Assembly: GCA_965214045.1 (NCBI GenBank)
Contig: OZ243935.1
Span: 2,794,904-2,858,903, forward strand
Direction: 5' to 3'
Length of the DNA: 64,000 nucleotides
Origin: Candidatus Poribacteria bacterium
GTDB taxonomy: Bacteria; Poribacteria; WGA-4E; WGA-3G
The notes below the pieces were generated by a model that saw nothing but the letters and a program-made list of their open reading frames with translations, was not told where the DNA came from and made no database searches. Shown here piece by piece: positions 45,492-54,347 of the stretch. Positions within the stretch are counted from its first letter, which is position 1; every line of letters begins with the position of its first letter. A program made the position numbers and the translations under genes.

Positions 45492-46385
45492 TTAGTAAAT
45501 TGAAAGTTCTCGGTAGTTTCCTTGAAACACTTCCCTAACATGCCAACCAATGAACTGTACCTCTGGATAATGGGATTGTCTTTGCGGGAGAAGAAGCGTT
45601 TTGCCGTGATACCGCTGCAGCCATTCCTTAAAGCCTTTTGTTCCGTGCGCGTCATCTGATACAAGGATTTGTCGTTGCTTGGATAGCGTAAAAGCTCCGC
45701 GATCAAATAATTCGTGATGTAACACGCATAAAGCAAGGCCATTCACTGCTTCACTGGGACCGCCATGCGATTTCCATTTGATATGTGCAGCTTCTAACGC
45801 GATAGGCGTATTTCCTAATTTCACATCGAAGCCGCATACTGCACATTTACGCTCGTAAGCTCTTAGGATGTTTTCTCGGAAATTGAGAGAGCGTCTTTTC
45901 GTCTCAAAAACTTGGAATGGTGGTTGAATGTTGACAGCTTGTAAAATTTCGCTGTGGCGTGTGAGAGGGAAGTGATCATCCAGCAAATCGTAGATTATTT
46001 CAAAGGCGAGTCTTGAATCGTTTTGAAGTTGATTTGCGATTGATTTAGGGAAACCACCGACTCCATGATGTCGTAAATCGGTTACGTAGGCATCTCCACT
46101 GGAAGTTTGTCGAATTCGATCGGTATTCCTTATCTCCCAGATTTCGTCGTTTTGCAGCCGCCAAAATGGGTGTTGAGGATGATAACTTTTGCGCCACGGT
46201 CCAAATTCTCTCAGCAAATTGCGAAGATCGTCCTCTGTAGCCTCAAATGAAATGTGTTTATCTTCACCGCTCAGCAATTTTCCGATTGCATACAATATTA
46301 ACAGTGGCTTGTGGGCTGCCCTTTGGTCGCCTCTTTTCCATACATTCAGATTCTGGAATTTATGAATGATTTCTTCTCGTGTCAT
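45492..46385 (-). CDS. HNH endonuclease with an N-terminal DNA-binding/sensor domain (type IV restriction-like)
   Basis: 297 aa. C-terminal CAVCGF...LEAAHIKWKSHGGPSEAVNGLALCVLHHELFDRGAF HNH motif. N-terminal HKPLLILYAIGKLL domain of unknown specificity. Confidence 0.6.
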   Translation of the reverse strand: MTREEIIHKFQNLNVWKRGDQRAAHKPLLILYAIGKLLSGEDKHISFEATEDDLRNLLREFGPWRKSYHPQHPFWRLQNDEIWEIRNTDRIRQTSSGDAYVTDLRHHGVGGFPKSIANQLQNDSRLAFEIIYDLLDDHFPLTRHSEILQAVNIQPPFQVFETKRRSLNFRENILRAYERKCAVCGFDVKLGNTPIALEAAHIKWKSHGGPSEAVNGLALCVLHHELFDRGAFTLSKQRQILVSDDAHGTKGFKEWLQRYHGKTLLLPQRQSHYPEVQFIGWHVREVFQGNYRELSIY

Positions 46386-46572
46386 TTGCAGTGGACCCCG
46401 TCGAGCAATTTACCAAGTTGCCTCCGCAATTCTGCCATAGAAACTTCTTCTCCGCTTGTTATCATCAATGGACCTGACGCAAACATATCTCAAAGTATAC
46501 CACAGACTTGGCGACACGTCAAAAGTTTTCGTTAGTTGTTCAGGGGTATTTATTGTTACGAGCCCCCTCTTA

Positions 46573-46607
46573 CCGACTGCCGACTGCCAACTGCTGATTG
46601 CCATTCT
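46573..46607. repeat. Heptamer tandem repeat (CCGACTG x2, CCAACTG, CTGATTG, CCATTCT)
   Basis: Read directly. Intergenic between divergent genes. Confidence 0.6.
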
Positions 46608-46754
46608 TGTAGGACGGAACTCCGATTCCCGACTTTTCGCAGCAATCGGACAAAAACCCGAAAACGAAATCGCGCTGCCTCGGCTCCGTTTCTTATGGAT
46701 TTTCATGTTGGAATCTGATATAATTGTCGGAGCCACTTAAAGGAGCGTAAAAAA

Positions 46755-48353
46755 ATGAGATGGTTTGAGACCCGCGGGCCTGTCTATCTTGAGGATAACT
46801 ACGTCGTCGCACGCGGAGCGGAACTCTCGGATTTTGTGAATCGACTCACAAAAGGGAGGTATATTGTCCTCTTTGCACCGCGCCAGACAGGCAAGACCAC
46901 ATTTTTCCAAAACGCGCTCAGCACGCTTGAAGACCAAGAGCGGCTCTATGTGCCGATACAGCTTAATTTTGAGGGGTATGTAGACAGTGACGCGACCCTT
47001 TTTTATCCATCCCTCTGTTATGAAATATGTAAGAAAATTAAAAACGTCTTTCACAAACGCCAAGAGAATCTGCCCGATAAGCTCAATCGTTTTTTAGCGA
47101 GTGCGGAGATTACCGAACACATTTCGATGCGAAAGTTTTTTGAGGACCTTGGGAGTCTATTGGAAAATCAGCGGTTTGTTATGGTGATTGATGAGTTTGA
47201 TGGTATCCCCCAAGACGCGATCAGAGGATTTCTGCATTCGCTTCGTCAAATTTACCTTTCCGGACGGACTCGCTGTCCGCATAGCATCGGCATCGTCGGG
47301 GTCAAGAACATCACACAACTCAACTATGATCGCTCTATCTCCCCCTTTAATATACAAGACGAATTCAAATTGCCTAATTTCACAATTGAACAGGTGCAAG
47401 AATTATTTTTACAATATACCGATGAAGTTGGGCAACCTATCACCCCTGACACTATTGAAGCGATTCACAAACAGACGGCTGGACAGCCTGTGCTGGTCAA
47501 TCGATTCGCACAAATTCTTACCGAGGAATTAGACATTCCGAAAAGCGAACCGATTACAACGGAACACTTCTCAGACGCATATATGCAGCTCCTTCGAGAA
47601 GGACACACGAATATTGATCACCTGATAACCAATATCCGTCGGGATCGACGGTTTGAGAGGCTCCTCATGGCAATTGCTTCCTATGATGAAGGTATAAGAT
47701 TTAACATTTACAATGAACGCATCAATGAACTCGCTACTTACGGTGTCATTGCGGAAGGTGCTGACGGTATGTGTGAAATTATCAATCCAATCTATCACTA
47801 TGGTATTATACATGCATTCAAACCGATAGTGAATGGACTCGAACGGGAGTATCTACCAGAAGGCAACCGCACCGGCTTTCAGGAGTATCTCACACCGGAC
47901 GGGCAGATTCAGATGGCAGCACTCCTTGATAACTTCCGGGACTTTATCGCCCGGGCAGGCTTCAAAATCTTACAAGTCCCGGATACGCCTCAGGAATATG
48001 TTGGACAGCATCTGCTCTTTGCCTATCTTGAGCAGTGTGTTCAAAGTGTCGGCGGAACGATGTACCTTGAGGTGCAAACCGGGCGTGGCAGAATGGATCT
48101 TCTCATCCATCATAACCATCGAAAATATATAGTTGAGACGAAAATATGGGGCGGGGATTCCCGGTATCAGGCGGGCAAAGCACAACTGGCAGCGTATGCA
48201 AAATTAGAGAGCGCAGCGGAAGGATATTATGTCGTGTTCGACCATTGCAGCACACCGGAACCGCGCGTGGAAACAGAAATATTAGATGGATTCGCAATTC
48301 GGAGTTACGTAATTCCTGTGACGCAAGAACGCCCTTCAGACGAACGATGTTAA
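46755..48353 (+). CDS. AAA-like (AAA_35-type, APRQTGKT P-loop) ATPase with C-terminal PD-(D/E)XK-like nuclease motif
   Basis: 532 aa. RYIVLFAPRQTGKTTFFQ. C-terminal MDLLIHHNHRKYIVETKIWG (D...ExK). Paralog of 52479..54125. Confidence 0.55.
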   Translation: MRWFETRGPVYLEDNYVVARGAELSDFVNRLTKGRYIVLFAPRQTGKTTFFQNALSTLEDQERLYVPIQLNFEGYVDSDATLFYPSLCYEICKKIKNVFHKRQENLPDKLNRFLASAEITEHISMRKFFEDLGSLLENQRFVMVIDEFDGIPQDAIRGFLHSLRQIYLSGRTRCPHSIGIVGVKNITQLNYDRSISPFNIQDEFKLPNFTIEQVQELFLQYTDEVGQPITPDTIEAIHKQTAGQPVLVNRFAQILTEELDIPKSEPITTEHFSDAYMQLLREGHTNIDHLITNIRRDRRFERLLMAIASYDEGIRFNIYNERINELATYGVIAEGADGMCEIINPIYHYGIIHAFKPIVNGLEREYLPEGNRTGFQEYLTPDGQIQMAALLDNFRDFIARAGFKILQVPDTPQEYVGQHLLFAYLEQCVQSVGGTMYLEVQTGRGRMDLLIHHNHRKYIVETKIWGGDSRYQAGKAQLAAYAKLESAAEGYYVVFDHCSTPEPRVETEILDGFAIRSYVIPVTQERPSDERC

Positions 48354-48413
48354 CCTACCCAAGCCCTTCAGTTTTTAGATTTACGATGCGTTAATTATAT
48401 TTTTACGCTTACT

Positions 48414-49133
48414 ATGCACATTGAAACACTCGATTACCCTTTCATCCATATCCCCGCTGGCGAATTCACGATGGGGACGATTCCGACCGGAATGCGGAAA
48501 ACCGATCCAGAGGAACCACAACGAAGCGTTCTGCTCGATGCTTACGCCATCGGGATGTATCAGGTCACGAACGCACAATACACGCGGTTTGTTGACGAAA
48601 CAGGGAACCCACAACCGCTGTTCTGGACGGAAGAACATCTCAACGCTCCCGATTTTCCTGTCGTCGGGGTGAGTTGGCAGGATGCGACGAATTTTTTGGA
48701 ATGGCTCAATGGACTTGAAAACATGGCGTATCGCTTGCCGTCGGAAGCAGAATGGGAGAAAGCGGCACGCGGCACGGATGCTCGGGAGTATCCGTGGGGC
48801 GATGTATGGGATGCGAGTCGAGCGAACACGTCGGAATCGGGGAATAAGCGGTTGGTGCCGGTTGGGAGTTATCCTGAAGGTGTGAGTCCTTACGGGTGCT
48901 ACGATATGGCGGGGAACGCCTACGATTGGTGTAGCGACTGGTTTCACATGGAGACGTATAAATACTCGCCTACAGAGAATCCGTTGGGGGCGAGTGAAGG
49001 TCGCCGTAAAGTGATTCGCGGCGGTTCGTGGATTGCGCGTGGGGAGTTCGCCTCGCGGTGTGCCAGCCGTGCGGCGTATGAACCGATCCAAGCGATCCAT
49101 AGCGTCAGTTTCCGGATTGCCATGGACCTTTAA
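48414..49133 (+). CDS. Formylglycine-generating-enzyme (SUMF1/FGE) family protein
   Basis: 239 aa. YRLPSEAEWEKAARG and RGGSW...FRIAMDL blocks typical of the FGE-sulfatase domain. Confidence 0.7.
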   Translation: MHIETLDYPFIHIPAGEFTMGTIPTGMRKTDPEEPQRSVLLDAYAIGMYQVTNAQYTRFVDETGNPQPLFWTEEHLNAPDFPVVGVSWQDATNFLEWLNGLENMAYRLPSEAEWEKAARGTDAREYPWGDVWDASRANTSESGNKRLVPVGSYPEGVSPYGCYDMAGNAYDWCSDWFHMETYKYSPTENPLGASEGRRKVIRGGSWIARGEFASRCASRAAYEPIQAIHSVSFRIAMDL

Positions 49134-49176
49134 ATTGGGCAACCCTATAAGGAAGATTTTCAACCAAGAAGTGTCT

Positions 49177-49279
49177 ATAATCCTGAGAATCCTTGAATCC
49201 TGAAAATCCTGATTCTGACAATAAATATACCAGATTACATCCGCGAAATCCGTATAATCCGCTACAATCCGCGATTCAG
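49177..49279. repeat. Two adjacent octamer-type tandem repeat blocks: (AATCCTGA)x4 then (AATCCGC-n)x4
   Basis: ataATCCTGAgAATCCTTGAATCCTGAaAATCCTGAttctgac ... ATCCGCGAAATCCGTATAATCCGCTACAATCCGCGATTC. Confidence 0.7.
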
Positions 49280-49282
49280 ATA

Positions 49283-50377
49283 AATATGCACAAAAAACCT
49301 TTACACAAACACTACCAAGATTTTCGGGATGCGTTGTTGGTATGGTTCAAGGATTATCAGCGCGATATGCCGTGGCGACGCACAGATGACCCTTACCGAA
49401 TTTGGGTCTCTGAAGTGATGCTCCAACAGACGCAAGTCAAGAAGGTTGTCGGATACTATGAGCGATTCATCGCACAGTTTCCAGATGTGCAGCACTTAGC
49501 CGCCGCACCGCTACAGGATGTCCTAAAGGTGTGGGAAGGTTTAGGGTATTACGCCAGGGCGCGGAATCTCCACAAAGCGGCGCAGCTTATCGTGGATGAA
49601 CTGGACGGGAAAATACCTGTGGATTATGCGACCTTTCGGAAGTTGCCGGGTGTCGGGGATTATAGTGCAGCGGCGGTACAGAGTATCGCTTTTAATGCAC
49701 CGTATGCCGCAGTAGACGGGAACATCAAACGCGTCCTGGCGCGTCTGTTTCTAATGGAGTCCCCGATTAACGACGCGAAGTCGGCGAAGGCGTTTCAGCA
49801 GAAAGCAGATGAACTCTTGGATCCGAATGCACCCGGATTTTTCAATCAGGCGATGATGGAGTTAGGGGCAATGGTGTGTCGTCCGCAATCGCCGACCTGC
49901 CTCGTCTGTCGGGTGAATTCGTTTTGTGAGGCGTTCCACACGGCACGACAAGATGAATTTCCGTATCGGCGCGAGACGAAACCTGTCCCGGAACACCATC
50001 TCGCTGTTGGGGTTATCTATAAGGATAACGAGGTTTTACTTACGCAGCGGCAATTGGACGGTCTGCTCGGTGGACTCTGGGAGTTTCCGGGTGGACAACT
50101 TACCGAAGGTGAGACCGCGGAGGCGGCTTGCATCCGACATATTGATGATGTCGTCAATCTCTCTGTCACCAATGTCCGGTATCTCGCGCAGGTCAGGCAC
50201 GCCTACACCCATTTCAAGGTTGTTGTGGACGTGTTTCGGTGCGATTATCAGGCGGGTGAAGTGGTTCTAAAGGGTCCGCGGGATGCAAAGTGGATCGAGG
50301 TTACGGCACTGCGGGAGTATCCGCTCCCACGTGTGACGCATAAGTTTTTGGAAAAATTAGTTGGGGGAGAAACGTAA
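49283..50377 (+). CDS. mutY: A/G-specific adenine DNA glycosylase MutY (HhH-GPD plus [4Fe-4S] plus C-terminal NUDIX-like domain)
   Basis: MutY N-terminus pattern (RDMPWRRTDDPYRIWVSEVMLQQTQV). VCRPQSPTCLVCRVNSFCEAF cluster loop. The start is chosen at the ATG at 49283 because upstream sequence is short tandem repeats. Confidence 0.75.
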   Translation, partial: NMHKKPLHKHYQDFRDALLVWFKDYQRDMPWRRTDDPYRIWVSEVMLQQTQVKKVVGYYERFIAQFPDVQHLAAAPLQDVLKVWEGLGYYARARNLHKAAQLIVDELDGKIPVDYATFRKLPGVGDYSAAAVQSIAFNAPYAAVDGNIKRVLARLFLMESPINDAKSAKAFQQKADELLDPNAPGFFNQAMMELGAMVCRPQSPTCLVCRVNSFCEAFHTARQDEFPYRRETKPVPEHHLAVGVIYKDNEVLLTQRQLDGLLGGLWEFPGGQLTEGETAEAACIRHIDDVVNLSVTNVRYLAQVRHAYTHFKVVVDVFRCDYQAGEVVLKGPRDAKWIEVTALREYPLPRVTHKFLEKLVGGET

Positions 50378-50512
50378 TTATTATTGTAGGAACGCAATTT
50401 ATTGCGCTTTGAAACAGGCGATGAAGGGTTCCCTACTATGAGCTTGTATATAGCCATCAGCTATCGGCTTTCAGCCATCAGAAAGAGATATGTCTTCATC
50501 AGAATCCTCTTA

Positions 50513-50553
50513 CTGACTGCTGACTACTGATAGCCGACTGCTAATTACTAATT
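50513..50553. repeat. Heptamer tandem repeat (CTGACTG, CTGACTA, CTGATAG, CCGACTG, CTAATTA, CTAATT)
   Basis: Read directly between convergent genes. Confidence 0.6.
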
Positions 50554-51516
50554 TGCGCCGAAACGTGCTTCGTATTTCTCCCAGACTTCATCGGGGAGCG
50601 GTGTGCTGGCGGCTCGGACGTTCGCTTCGAGTTGCTCGACGTTCAAACTCCCGATGTTGTTACCCTGAATCCGTTCTTCTTTCAGACAGAACTGAAGCGC
50701 GAGTTGAAGCAAACTTATGCCTTCTTCAACGCACCATTCCCAAATTGGGTATGCTGCTGCAACATCACCTTCTTTTTTCCAGCGCCCTCTTTCAATCTCA
50801 GCGTCGATATCCACACCTGTAAGGATACCGCGCAGGATCGACCAACCGTTCATGACCCCGATGTCTGCTTCAGCAGCAGCGGGAAGGATGTCGTCAGCGG
50901 CGTTCTGCCGGACGAGATTGTAGTCGTTGAAGCAGAGGATAAGGTCAACATCGCCTGTTGCCATCGCCTTGAGATGGAAATCATGGGGACGCATCCCGTA
51001 TCCGAGATGACGGACAAGTCCACGCGCTTTACACTGAAGCAAGCCGTCGAGCGTGCCGCCCTTCTCTAGCGTCGGATCGATCTCGCTTGGGTCGTGGATA
51101 AGCATGCCGTCGAAATAGTCCGTGCCGAGAAGTTCGAGTTGATCTTCGAGGTCGGCGATTGCGCGTTCGGCGGAATAGTTGGGTCTGCCATCTCCGTAGC
51201 CACCCCAATCGGCGGCAGAATGGCAGCAAAGCCTTCCGGTGATGATGACGTCCTCGCGTGGGATCTCCTTCAACGCCAAACCGAGTTTCCGCATTGAATC
51301 CCCATAACAGCGTGCGCAATCGAAGTGGTTCACACCGATGGACACCGAGTGTTTCACAAGTGCGACAGCCTCTTCGTCTGAGACGAAACCGAAGTTGTTT
51401 CCAAACCCTTGTGTGCCGAACGGAATAACAGGGATGCTGAGTTCCGTTCGTCCGAGTCGTCGCCTCGGAATTGTGGGAAGATCTTGATTGGTTTCCATAA
51501 AATTCCTTTCTGTCAA
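50548..51516 (-). CDS. Aldo/keto reductase family oxidoreductase
   Basis: 322 aa. AKR (beta/alpha)8 pattern with catalytic D-Y-K-H. FDCARCYGDSMRKLG. Confidence 0.65.
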   Translation of the reverse strand: MTERNFMETNQDLPTIPRRRLGRTELSIPVIPFGTQGFGNNFGFVSDEEAVALVKHSVSIGVNHFDCARCYGDSMRKLGLALKEIPREDVIITGRLCCHSAADWGGYGDGRPNYSAERAIADLEDQLELLGTDYFDGMLIHDPSEIDPTLEKGGTLDGLLQCKARGLVRHLGYGMRPHDFHLKAMATGDVDLILCFNDYNLVRQNAADDILPAAAEADIGVMNGWSILRGILTGVDIDAEIERGRWKKEGDVAAAYPIWEWCVEEGISLLQLALQFCLKEERIQGNNIGSLNVEQLEANVRAASTPLPDEVWEKYEARFGAN

Positions 51517-51522
51517 TTGGGT

Positions 51523-51550
51523 GTCAGCGGTCAGCAGTCAGCAGCCGGTA
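51523..51550. repeat. Heptamer tandem repeat (GTCAGCG, GTCAGCA x2, GCCGGTA; reverse complement of the CTGCTGA type)
   Basis: Read directly. Confidence 0.6.
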
Positions 51551-51619
51551 AGAGGATATCGTTAAACGAATACCTCTTAACTGATCACCGATCGCTGATG
51601 GTTTCCGATAGCCATGCCG

Positions 51620-52246
51620 CTAATATTGGTCTGAACCCTCAAGTGGGAGTGAGACTGCCCAGATGTTCCGGTACCGAACGTCATTGCCGTGGTCTTGCAG
51701 TTTGAGTGGACCCGGTGTAGAGGCTTCTGAATCGATACTCCCGCCGGTTGTGCCAGCGAGTTGTGCGTTGTTGATGATGACTAAGCCGTTCTGAATGACA
51801 GTTATCCGAGGACCTTCAGTCATTTCGCCTGCGTCGTTGAAACGCGGCGCGCGGAAGGTGATGTCGTAGGTCTGCCACTCAAGCGGTGGTTTGCAAGCGT
51901 TGACGAGCGGTGCAAATTGGTTGTAAATCGCGCCGCAGTCGCCCATCCCAGGGACTTCGATGCCGTAAGAATCCAAGACTTGAACTTCATATCTGCCTTG
52001 AAGGAAGACACCGCTGTTGCCTTTTGCCTGTCCGGTTGCTTCGGGCATATCGGGGCATCTGAATTCGACATGAACGAAATGATCCGTGAAGGTTTCCTTG
52101 CTGATGACATCACCGGAGCGCGGGACGACGAGCATTGCGTCGCCTTCGACTTGCCAACCCGGTTCGCTGCCATCTAAGCTGGTCCAGTTGCTGAGGTCTG
52201 TGCCGTCAAAGAGGATGACAGCGGATTCTGGAGGAGTTTGTGTCAT
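51620..52246 (-). CDS. DUF1080 (3-keto-disaccharide hydrolase-like) domain protein
   Basis: 208 aa. LFDGTDLSNWTSLDG...WQVEGDAMLVV...GNSGVFLQGRYEVQVLDS is the DUF1080 signature. Confidence 0.65.
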   Translation of the reverse strand: MTQTPPESAVILFDGTDLSNWTSLDGSEPGWQVEGDAMLVVPRSGDVISKETFTDHFVHVEFRCPDMPEATGQAKGNSGVFLQGRYEVQVLDSYGIEVPGMGDCGAIYNQFAPLVNACKPPLEWQTYDITFRAPRFNDAGEMTEGPRITVIQNGLVIINNAQLAGTTGGSIDSEASTPGPLKLQDHGNDVRYRNIWAVSLPLEGSDQY

Positions 52247-52478
52247 GAGGTTTCCTTTCGCATGCTGTGCATGGGTAAATTGATGTAGTGAAAAAACATT
52301 TTTTTATTTTAACGAAATTCGCTTTTTTGTCAAGGAATTATGGGTTTCACGGCAAGGCTATTTATGGTAAACCAGAAAAATAAGCAGACATTCTCCCCCC
52401 CGGGTAGGCGAGGTTTCTAACCTCGCCGATGCAGCGTGTCAAAGTAATTCTAAAATCTACCATAAATGACGCTGGGTT

Positions 52479-54125
52479 TCACGGTTGAGATGGGAGTGCC
52501 TGAAGGACAGGAATAACGTAACTGTGAATCGTCCGACCGTCTACTATATCCGTTTCCGTTCGGGGATCCGGATTTTCGCGGTAATCAAACACCACATAGT
52601 AGCCTTCTGTTACATTTTCGGACTTGAGATATCTTGCGAGTTGCTGTTTGCCTGCCTGGTAATTTCGTTCGCTGCGCCATACCTTCGTTTCGACAATGTA
52701 GGTCTGTCTGCTGTACGAAATGACAAGATCCGCTCTGCCTCTGCCGGTTGGGACTTCAAGGTACATAGCAGCACCAACGATTTTCACAAACTCGTTGAGA
52801 TAAGCGAAGAGGAGATATTGCCCTACGAATTCTTGGGGTGTATCCGGGACTTGGAGTATTCTGAATCCTGCGCGTGCGATGAAGTCCTTAAAATTTTCGA
52901 GGAGCCTTGGCATTTGAAGCTGCCCGGTCGAGGCGATATATTCTGAAAAGTCGATAGGACCGTCTTCAGGGAAGTATTCGTCCTCAAGTCCGTTTATCAA
53001 AGGCTTAAGTGCTTGAATGAGGCAATGGAGATAGATAGGGTTAAGGATCTCACATGTTTGGTCTTGTCCTCTCGTAATAACGCCGTAAGTTGCGAGTTCA
53101 CTAATCGTTTCGTTGTGAAGCGTGAAATCATATCTGCTCCCATAGAAAGCAATACGCATGAGCATTCTTTCAAAGCGTGGGTCTCTACGTACATTTGTAA
53201 TTAGGTGTTCAATGTTAGTGTTTCTCTCCTCGATGAGTCGTGTGTGTGCCTGTGAAAAGTGCGACGCATGAATCGTTTCGCTTTTGGGGATGCTGAGTTC
53301 CTCAGTGAGGATCTGAGCGAACCTATTTACGAGGAAAGGTTGCCCTGCTGTCTGTTTATGGATCGTTTCAATGACTTTGGGGGCGAATTGTTGTCCGACC
53401 TCGTCGGTGTACTGGGTAAGGAGTTCACGGATCTGTTCTAAAGTGAAGTTTGGGAGTGTGAACTCATCCTGTATGTTGAACGGCGAGATGGATCGATCGT
53501 AGTTGAGTTGTGTGATGTTTTTAACCCCGACAATGCCGACGCTATACGGAGAACGGGCTTCGCGTCCAGTGAGATATATCCGGCGGAGCGAACGGAGAAA
53601 TCCGTTGATAGCGTCCTGTGGGATACCGTCGAATTCGTCGATGATAAGGATGACCCGTTGGTTTGCCGCTAAGGCGGTGAACTCTTCAAAAAATTCACGC
53701 ATCGAAATGTGGTTGGTTATCTGGGCATTCGTCAGAAAGGTGTCCAGTGCTTGAAAAACTCGCTCACCGCGTTCTCGAAATACTTTTCGGATCTCTTTGC
53801 AAATTTCTTTACACAACGAATCGTAAAAATCGGCGGGTGTTATCTCTTCGTATTCCTCGAAGTTGAGTTGTATTGGAAAATGGTCCGTTCCTTCGACTGC
53901 GAGTGCCTTGAGTGCATCTTGGAAAAATGTGGTTTTACCGGTCTGTCGTGGTGCGAATAGGACGATGTATCGTCCCTGCTTAACGCGGTCGATGAAATCG
54001 GAAAGTTCCTCATGCCGAGCAACGACGTAATTATCTTTGGAATTAACGGGACCTTGGGTTCCAAATCGTCTCATGTTTTTCTCCTGTTGTCTTGGGTGCA
54101 AACATTGTATCAGATTTCCGCGCAA
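52479..54125 (-). CDS. AAA-like (AAA_35-type) ATPase with C-terminal PD-(D/E)XK-like motif; inverted paralog of 46755..48353
   Basis: 548 aa. RYIVLFAPRQTGKTTFFQ. C-terminal ADLVISYSRQTYIVETKVW. ~60% identity to its paralog over the full length. Confidence 0.55.
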   Translation of the reverse strand: MRGNLIQCLHPRQQEKNMRRFGTQGPVNSKDNYVVARHEELSDFIDRVKQGRYIVLFAPRQTGKTTFFQDALKALAVEGTDHFPIQLNFEEYEEITPADFYDSLCKEICKEIRKVFRERGERVFQALDTFLTNAQITNHISMREFFEEFTALAANQRVILIIDEFDGIPQDAINGFLRSLRRIYLTGREARSPYSVGIVGVKNITQLNYDRSISPFNIQDEFTLPNFTLEQIRELLTQYTDEVGQQFAPKVIETIHKQTAGQPFLVNRFAQILTEELSIPKSETIHASHFSQAHTRLIEERNTNIEHLITNVRRDPRFERMLMRIAFYGSRYDFTLHNETISELATYGVITRGQDQTCEILNPIYLHCLIQALKPLINGLEDEYFPEDGPIDFSEYIASTGQLQMPRLLENFKDFIARAGFRILQVPDTPQEFVGQYLLFAYLNEFVKIVGAAMYLEVPTGRGRADLVISYSRQTYIVETKVWRSERNYQAGKQQLARYLKSENVTEGYYVVFDYRENPDPRTETDIVDGRTIHSYVIPVLQALPSQP

Positions 54126-54347
54126 AAATCAATTATGGATGTTTTGGAATCAGGGCGATTCAATTTTCCGTTTTCTACGAGTGGCATGGGAGAAGTTAAG
54201 AATCGGAGATCGCTTTTGTGGGATAGCCGGAAACGGACAAAAAACTTTTCAAAAAAAGGAAGGTTGTGATATAATGGAATTGTATTTGGGCGTGTTCGGT
54301 AGACGCGCTGCAGTCATAGAGAAAAGGAAATTGAGAAGCGAAGCGTT

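Noticed and set aside
49193-49282. Longer MutY start at 49193 as in the ORF track
   Set aside because: The extra 30 codons are encoded by the octamer tandem repeats (AATCCTGA / AATCCGC blocks). The conserved MutY N-terminus begins after the ATG at 49283.
51560-51600. Cyanobacterial origin suggested by STRR-like heptamers and a GATCGC site
   Set aside because: Gene content (T9SS-type CTD, DUF4953 metalloprotease, multiple PhyH genes) and ~50% GC do not fit cyanobacteria. HIP1 (GCGATCGC) is not enriched by eye.
52404-52424. Hairpin GGCGAGG-tttctaa-CCTCGCC as a terminator of the 52479..54125 gene
   Set aside because: No T-run on either strand after the stem. It more likely belongs to the GGCGAGG...CCTCGCC repeat family seen at 29393.
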